Shown here in pieces: positions 55,650 to 64,000 of a stretch of DNA of 64,000 nucleotides. The stretch spans positions 20,956,001 to 21,020,000 of the forward strand of contig OX597835.1 in assembly GCA_951406725.2 (NCBI GenBank). Direction: 5' to 3'. Both the position numbers and the translations under genes were made by a program. Numbering within the stretch: the stretch's first letter is position 1; every line of letters begins with the position of its first letter. The notes beneath the pieces are model-generated. The model had not been told where the DNA came from. It was given only the letters and a program-made list of their open reading frames with translations, and did not search any database. This DNA comes from Octopus vulgaris (lineage: Eukaryota).

Positions 55650-57950
55650 CAATCTTTATGCAGTGATTTATCTATTTCGTTCAAGCATATCGAAAAATCG
55701 TTTTTAGCTTGATTGAATCATGGAGATTTAGCTTGCGCTTGTTGCCTATTTCTTTGTATCGGTGAATTTAAGGCATGTTCTGTCTCTACTCTTTGTTCCC
55801 TCTTTTTTTCTAATTCTCCAATAATTGTTCTACACGTGTTTCCCTAATACGATGTCTTTCCGGTAATCTACATTTCTCTTCATTTTTTTAAAACTACTTC
55901 TAAGACGGTGAGCGGGAAGAATCATTACCGCACCGGTCAAAATGCTTAGCGGCAATTCTTCCGGTTCTTTATGCTATCAATTCAAATGCTGCCAAGGCCG
56001 ACTGGGCCTTTCATCCTTTCCATGTCGATAAAATAATTACCAATTGGGTACTGGGATCAATGTAATCGTCTTACCCATCCTTACATTTCAGACCATCCCT
56101 TTACAGTAAAAAAAAATATTTAATTCACGTAACTTTCACTGATTCAGAATACATTTATGTTTTCTAAGGCCGCTAATCTTTTTTAACATCTTTCTTTGCC
56201 ATTAAGATAAAACTCATCCATTTATTTTTCTCCCAACACAGCCGCAACTACCTTAGAGCTCTTAAATTTCTCAGTCCGTATCTGCACTGTTTTCACAGGA
56301 TAAAAACTTACTGGCCTAACAGTTCCCATTGACATTTTTTTAAATCCTAGTTTGGTATACAACTCTGAAATCAACAGTATCAAATCTCTCTGGATACCTC
56401 AGTTCTGTCTCAGTGTTTTATGTGTCTCTTGTTAAAAGTCGACAAAACTAGCTGCGCCAATTTCTTTTTCCACTTCTCTATTCCCACTTTCACTTGTTTC
56501 AAGTGTGTGAGTTATATTTTCCTGGTTAACTACGGCATTTACATTTTCCAGATTAGTTGAAGATTAATTCAACCATTTGATTTGAGAATTACAAAAACCA
56601 GTCGCATTTTGTAATTCTTGGTTGAACTTTTCTATTCTTCCGCTTCTACGTAAAAGATTTATTTTCTGTTGCTGATACGCAATATTTGGTCTGCATGATG
56701 TTGTTATCTGACATTAAACATTGCAATCTCATTTCAAATGTCCGTTTCCAGAATACACAATTCCTTAAGTCAGATCTTAAATATATTTCCTTTGCCATCA
56801 AATTGACTTTCATATTCTAATACAATTTATGCACAATACCAACAACTTGATGCAGCACACATATCGAAGGAGAAACTTTCACCAAAGGCACCGATCTGCC
56901 GTTAAAATTTAAGTTTGACTCTCTCAAGAGGACAGCGATTTAGAGTTAACTTCCAACAGGGTTTTACTGAGTTACCATCTCTATGGTACTCCGTCTTCTT
57001 ACAGCCATCCAGAAACGGTTGTATATGGTAATGCATACTTGAGAAATTTTAAACCAGAATCTTAGAACACCATCTGGTTCAGGGACACTCAAATTCTTAA
57101 GTAACTTTTTCACTTTCTCATCTGTAATATTTTGCATTCTCAGGTATGACTTATTTTCCATTTCACTTGTAAATTTCCAAAACCAGTCCATTTCGCTGCT
57201 ATTTTTTTTTTCTAGTTTCAGCTCAGAACTGCGGCCATGTTGATGCACCACCGTTGAACTCTTTGCTGCAAATATATGAGGAAAAGTTCCTTGCTGCTTC
57301 AATCTTTGGCACATTATTCCCCTGATGGTCATTCTCATTATCTTGCTGATGGTTAAATTTCTTTCGTCGTTTCTGAATAATTTGTTCGGATCGTATTGGT
57401 TTATTTGTTTTTTTGTATGTTTATTTTATTATAATTTGTTTTAAATTTTATCTTGTCTCTAGATACATGTAATCTACTGTACGTTCCTTGAAGCTCATTT
57501 TTGTCTCTTTCCTTCACATCTTTTATATCATTGCATTTATCGTTCCCAGACCTCTGTTGAGCACTTCAACATGATTCTCAAGTCTCGTTTTTCACCATGG
57601 GTTTTTTCTTTGTATTTTCCCTTCACTTTTAACCCCAAGAACTTCTAAAGAAAAACACGTTGCGCAGTGACATCCTTTAGACTGGTTATCTTCCCAACAT
57701 ATACCTTCGTTAACAACTCGTCAAATTTCTTAACTATTTTATGCAAGATTTCTTTCGATTATCTTCAAAACTGTTTGGCTACTTCTTTCACTACATCGAG
57801 TCCCATTTGACACTTGTACAAAACTCCTTTCCGTCAAGAAGTAAAATTTCTTTTCATCATATCTATTATTTTTCTCCTGGTGTTTTATCGAACTTTGATA
57901 TTTCTTCTTCAATAACCTATTCTTCTACGTAATCATGGAAACAAACTATT
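55650..57950 (-). mobile_element. Heavily decayed R4/Dong-like LINE body
   Basis: ORF 56964..57338 contains NLSVPEPDGVLRFWFK, resembling the NWKAPGPDGxxxFWxK motif upstream of RT. The boundaries are approximate. Confidence 0.45.
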
Positions 57951-58188
57951 TCACAACGAGAGTACGAACGGGTTTTTTATGAAATAGTTACTGTATTTCT
58001 AAAGTCTTTTTGCTTATCATAATGTGTCTAATAGATGGAAAGTTTAGAGTTCCTTCCCTTTCAGAGTGAAGATATTTTCGGAGTATTTTCCCATTATGTG
58101 CCAGTTTGGCTGTGTAACATTGCAAGCAAATTAGCAAGCAAGATTTATCTTCACTTTTAATTGTGTGTGTGTATATATATATATATAT

Positions 58189-58219
<31 letters not shown>

Positions 58220-58225
58220 TAGATA

Positions 58226-58283
<58 letters not shown>

Positions 58284-58421
58284 GATAGATACATACATAC
58301 ATACATACATAGATATAGATATAGATGTAGATATATATACAGATAGATACATAGATATAGATATAGATGTAGATACAGATATATTATATAAATATAGATA
58401 TAGATATATATATATATATGG

Positions 58422-58471
<50 letters not shown>

Positions 58472-58588
58472 AACTCTTAAGAGTATGATTACATCCAAAA
58501 TTACACTGGTTTTATACCTTATATTATTGGAAGAAAATTTTCCTAAAATAAATAGGTATGTAATAAACATACAATCTATATTCAGTTA

Positions 58589-58997
58589 AGAGAAGAAAAT
58601 AGAAAGTCAATGGCTAATAATTAATTTATTAACTAATTGATAATCTTTCCTACAACTGTTTCAATTAAGCTCAATAAAATAAATTAAAAATTTATGTAAA
58701 AATTTCCATTTATATCTTGTGAGCAAAATATCACCAGGGAAACATTAAAGAATTACATTAAAGAATTACATGATGAGCAATTTGTTCTTTCTGAGTTGGA
58801 AGGAACCAAATTGTTCGCCATGTAATACTTTAATGTCTCATATTTCCCTGATGATATTTTGCTACACAACATATAAATGGCAATTTTTACATGAATTTTG
58901 TAATTTATTAATTGAGCTTAATTGAAACAAGTGTAGGAATGATTATCAATTAGTTAATAAATTAATTATTAACCATTAAGTCTCCATTTTCTTCTCT
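58589..58997. repeat. ~410-bp fold-back palindrome with a hammerhead motif in each arm
   Basis: ~200-bp imperfect arms centred near 58795, with (TA)n on both flanks. Confidence 0.9.
58844..58939 (+). ncRNA. Type I hammerhead-like motif with 69-nt helix II insert
   Basis: UUCC-CUGAUGA(58848-54)-U-AUU...AAU-U-GAAA(58924-27)-C-AAGU-G-UA-GGAA. The mirror copy on minus (58647-58741) has CUGGUGA. Confidence 0.55.
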
Positions 58998-59039
58998 ACA
59001 TACATAGATATACAAACACACATATATATTATATATTTA

Positions 59040-59095
<56 letters not shown>

Positions 59096-59266
59096 CATGT
59101 ACATATGTCTATATATATACAGATATATGTTCATGAACATGTATATATAGTCTTATAAACGGAAAATACGGGATTCAGAATTGATATATTTAACATTTTA
59201 TGGAGTGGTCGGGTACAAAATCTTTCAGTGTTGATTGAGTTGAAGGTGGTTCTGTCTCTAAAACTT

Positions 59267-59370
<104 letters not shown>

Positions 59371-59377
59371 CATACAT

Positions 59378-59449
<72 letters not shown>

Positions 59450-59456
59450 TATATGC

Positions 59457-59500
<44 letters not shown>

Positions 59501-60166
59501 CCTGTATATATGTAGATATAGTTATATAGCCATATACACATTAAATAACATGTAGACATAAATACAAATACATATATATACTGACGAGAAATATTCTATG
59601 AATTTTCTCTCTATGCTTTTGTAATATTTCGGTTTGTTGAAATTTTGCTAAAATTTTGAAATATATTTATGTAACGCTGTTTTGGTTTTTTTCTCGTTTG
59701 TAAAGTATTCTTTGAATATTTTTTGTGCGCTATTTATTTCTGTCGCTTTATGTGCCCCACTTTTGCCTTCCTCCTCTTTTTCTCTCCCCCACCCCAATAC
59801 GTTAATTCTTCCTTCGTTCTGACTTTCTATCTGTCTTTCTCTAGCCCTCATTCCTGCAAGGCATTTTCATGTTCCTTTGCGTAACCCCATGTTAGTTTTA
59901 CATGCTTCAGACAACAGAATGCAACTATGCTGCATTGTCGCCTTGAAAGACTTTTCGTCGAATTATTCGACCCCAAAATGTTTTGCCGAACTGTAAAGTT
60001 GCCGGGCCATAAACGCACCAACACCGGTTGTCACGCATTGGTTGAGTACAGCTTGGAGACAAACGAGCACACACACACACAACCACACACAGGCAGAGAC
60101 TGCAAACACACCAATACACATTCTAACTCATACACACATACACACACATATATATATGTGTGTATG

Positions 60167-60216
<50 letters not shown>

Positions 60217-60366
60217 ATCTTGAAATGAGTTGATATATAATTCAACCGTTTCATGAATCTGTTTGGCTTATTTCCTCAAGTACGTCTGTGTCTATAATTT
60301 ATGGTAATATCTTAAGGTAGATTTTTAGACATTGGTATGTTTTTATAGCATGTTGGCGAATTGTAT

Positions 60367-60527
60367 AGGGATAATTTAAAAATAAAAAACAAGATGAAGA
60401 TAGATGGTGTAGACAACAAACAGATGTGAAAAAGTCTTTAACGTTTCGACCCTACGCTCTTCCTCAGAAAGGAACACAACAAAACAGGGATAGAAAATAA
60501 AGAATGTGTAGTGGCTAGCGATCTATC
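60367..60527 (-). mobile_element. Third copy of the minimal-hammerhead element, with canonical CUGAGGA core
   Basis: Minus 60471-60436 reads CUUU-CUGAGGA-A-GAGC-GUAG-GGUC-GAAA-CGUU-AAAG; adjacent to (TA)n. Confidence 0.7.
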
Positions 60528-60589
<62 letters not shown>

Positions 60590-62687
60590 GGGGAGCTTCT
60601 TCCAATTTCTGTCTATCAAATCAATTCCCAAGGCTTTTCTCACCCTTAACCTATACTACAAGACACTAGCGGATGGTACTACGCAGTGGGAAGGAACTCG
60701 AAACCAAGCGGCTGGAAACCAATCTTCTTAACACACAGCCACGCATATATTTTTGCACATATACATACATACATGCATATTTGTTCATACGTACGTATTT
60801 GTATATATATATGCATGTGTCTGTTTGTATGCATATATGTATGTCTGTGTATACATGCGTGTGTGTGTATTTACACACACACACACACAGACATCTGTTT
60901 TAACCTTTACATAATATATATAGTTTAACGAAATAGAAACAGATTAAATATTTTTATGAAGTTGCTTTTCATATGAAACTATTTATGAAAACCACTTTAA
61001 TAATTAAGTTGAAAATCTGGCTCTACATTTCGCTTTTACTCTATATAATGTTAGTATGATAAGCTGTCATTGTCTGCAACATATATTCAATGTTAACAGT
61101 TATATTTCTGTAAAGACTAGACAAAGACATAAGTTTTGAGCTTTTGTTTCCTTCGCTGGCTTGCTGGTTAGCACTTGTTTGTATTGGCTAATGAATATGC
61201 TGCAGAGATTTTTTTATTTTTGTTTTTTTTTTTGTTGTTGTTTTTTTGTTATTTGTTTTTCTTCAGTCCAAAATACTTCCTCTTCTTCCTGAACGATTCA
61301 TTTAGACTCTTTATTTCTCTTTTCCCCCTCTCGCTTTCTCTCATTCGCTCTCTCTTATTCGTTCATTTATCTTATGTTTTTATCAGTAGTATGCCATATC
61401 CTCCTCTCTCTCTTCTCTTCCCCTCTCTCTCTTTCTCTCTATGTACCACTCCTATCTATCGCTTTCTTATTCTTTTTCTCTTCACCAATATGCAATATGA
61501 AATGAAATTCAAGAATGAATAGTAAAAAGAAATTTAGTATTTATCTCTTTATTTCCGCTTGCACCTCGGTAGCTGATGTCTTTCAGTTGTCTGCCAATTT
61601 CTCATTAAAAAGAACATCTGCTGTACGGAATAATTCTATTGTCGATGACGTGAACTTTCTACACTTCACTGCTATAAACATCAGCCAGTCTCACAATCTC
61701 TTTATGAGTTTTCTATTATTTGCCAAAAGTGAAGATGTGAAGAATACACCAGGAGTTCTCAATCAGTCTTCCGGAGATTCTTCTTTTCATTTTACTTTTT
61801 TCATTCTTTTCTTTTTCCATTTTGCGTTATTGATGGTTTGAAATTCGTGAAAAACTACCGGAACTATTATTAGAAAGTATATATTTTAATGTAATATCTG
61901 TATAGATTTAAAATGAATCTGTCTGCAATCGTAGGAGTATCGAATTACTCCCACAATCATTTACATGGCTTAAAGATTACCGCGTTTACTATAATAGTAT
62001 TTTGGTAGGACTCTGAAACTAGGGAGAAGGAAAGTATTTATTCCCATTTGAGAAAACATGATCCAAGTGCTTCCTCTATGTACACAGGTAAATTTAACCA
62101 AAGCACAGAGGGAAGGAAGAATTCCAACCACACTTTGTGATTCGCTGTCTCACCAGTTCCTTTATAGGATTCAGTGGTTAAGGACATCATCAGGAGGAAC
62201 CACGTCCTGTTTTGGCCCCTGCTTCTCTACCGTTTTCGACATGGCTGGACCCTTCCCTTTAGGAAGTGTTTTCACCTCGGGTGTTGAATGCGTTTTTTTT
62301 TGTTGTTAATTTCTTGGCGTTTTGTTACTTGGTTTCTTCGATGCAGCGTCGTCAACGAATGTCAGGGGGGAATGACCACCCTGCCAAATATCCCTCTAAA
62401 TACTTTATGGTAGGCTCCAACAGTCAGCGCCAACTAAGTATCACGTAACACAATCAACTGACTAATGGAGGGAAAGGGCGCAAGGATTTGGCATGCGCCT
62501 TCTCTCGACCTATCTTCCAACAGGGTCATGTTGGTTTCAGTTTGACTCATATCCATGACTCAAAATAACAAAAAAGAATAGTAATAAACGAGTGAAAAAA
62601 TATATAGTGCGTGTGCTTATTTGGCATACAAATACAATATATATATAAATATATATTAAATCATATATATACATATATGCATATATG

Positions 62688-63054
62688 GGTCAAGACGCTA
62701 TCAACTGTGAAAACAACATGAAATAGGTAAACAACGAGATACAAAATGGAAAGCAGGACAAGAAAACAGAGAAACGACCCTTCATCAGTTGTCGGCTGTC
62801 TATCTACTCCTCATTTCGAGCATTCAAAAACAATATGAACCTTCAAAACAGTAGCTCCCATAAATTCTAAAATAAGATTTAGGATTTCTGGAGGGTCAAA
62901 ACAGGACAGTCTAGACATACAAGGAAACCGAACGAAAACAAATATGGAGTGTCGTCAGACGAGAACGAGAGGGAAAAACTGAACGGTGGGAGAAAATTGT
63001 TTACTTGAAAAGAGAAAAGATGGGAGAGAAAAATGTCCAGTCCCTTGAACGTCC

Positions 63055-63056
<2 letters not shown>
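62688..63056. mobile_element. (TA)n-flanked non-coding repeat related to the 46.5-kb element
   Basis: Shares CAACGAGA.AC.AAA..GGAAA, CCC.T..TCAG.TGTC...TTTCGA and GACATACAAGGAAA blocks with 46530-46650. Confidence 0.5.
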
Positions 63057-63110
<54 letters not shown>

Positions 63111-63239
63111 GCATGTATGTATGTATGTATGTATGTATGTATGCATATGTATGTATGTGCTAGCTGAGTGCATTACACTGATGAAGGCAAAGCATTTCTT
63201 ATGCAAATCTAGAAATCCGGGATTTGGAATTATCCAGTA

Positions 63240-63806
63240 ATTTTTCGCTAGTTTATTTTGTCTCTTCATCTTCTCACCTGATGCCGTATGAACATTTTAT
63301 GTTTTTACCTGTAGTCTTCGAAACACCGTTCACATCTCTGGATTTGAGAAGCCTAATTTTTCAAGGTTGGTATTTTGGCTGTATGTTACATATCCCAGTG
63401 CCCCAATAATTACAGGTAAAAACCTTAACTTGTAATCTGGATAGAGTAGCTTCAAATTTCTCAACAGATTGACGATGGTATTTCCTTTTTCGCTGATCTT
63501 CAGCTTTATGCTAACATCCGCTGGGCAGCTGATTTCCACTACTGTACACAGGTTCTCTTCTATATCTTAAATCACTACGCCAAGTCTATTATGTTTACAT
63601 TTTATTGAGATTTTCACTGGGACATTCCATCAGTACTCCTTTTTATTATGAGTAGCTATATCTTCCACCATACTGTGGGTCCTTATTTCGTTGTCCTCGC
63701 GGTTATCCTTCCGACGTATCTCGTTATACAGTGCCCTAAATACAACATCATGTCTCCTCAGTAGATAATACCGTGATGTCATTTCCGGACAACTGCTTAT
63801 GTGCTT
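63240..63806 (-). mobile_element. Second R4/Dong-like family: zinc knuckle plus RLE C-terminus (pseudogene)
   Basis: Minus translation HISSCPE..RRHDVV..WNVPV..KHNRLG..VVEISCPAD..PVIIGALG, with stops and frameshifts. Confidence 0.75.
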
Positions 63807-64000
63807 ATGATGTAGGTGATAGCTTCGGTGTTAACTCCACAAAATCTTGATCGGTTGTCATATTTTGCTGCTTTTCCTTCCTGGATTGCAAACGCATACC
63901 CTTCAAAGTGGGAGGTAGCAAACCAGTTGAAGGTCCACGATAGACTGCTTTGATGATCTTTGTCACTATCATCTCGGAGCTTTCTACTAATACATGCATG

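Noticed and set aside
60240-60282. Minus-strand UUGAGGA...GAAACGGUUGA hammerhead-like string
   Set aside because: Helix I cannot be formed and the core is non-canonical.
61515-62540. Non-repetitive ORFs 61515..61841 and 62058..62309 as exons
   Set aside because: No recognisable family or clear splice pair; may be decayed retroelement 5' sequence.

Overview
This is AT-rich animal DNA saturated with microsatellites. The SINE, LINE and microsatellite make-up suggests an octopus or other cephalopod intergenic or intronic region; this is an inference from repeat style. I found no intact protein-coding gene, and nearly all ORFs in the track are translations of microsatellites. Recognisable content includes a decayed mariner (D,D34D), a Sola2-like transposase remnant, and R4/Dong-clade retrotransposon pieces sitting in (TAA)n. 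There are also RTE-like LINE 3' remnants, non-autonomous Helitron-like elements, three tRNA-headed SINE families and a 1.16-kb tandem duplication. The main unannotated signal is a set of short non-coding elements, mostly embedded in (TA)n tracts, that carry type I hammerhead ribozyme motifs (CUGANGA...GAAA...UH with a short, often palindromic helix III). There are about ten motifs in at least five unrelated sequence families. They occur as a 427-bp direct tandem (retrozyme/Penelope-pLTR-like), as ~400-bp fold-back palindromes with one hammerhead per strand, and as solo copies. A SINE multimer whose target duplications start with its own repeat junction (GGTATT) and a partial HDV-like fold are also noted. 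All RNA structures were read by eye and need folding, covariance searches and cleavage tests.
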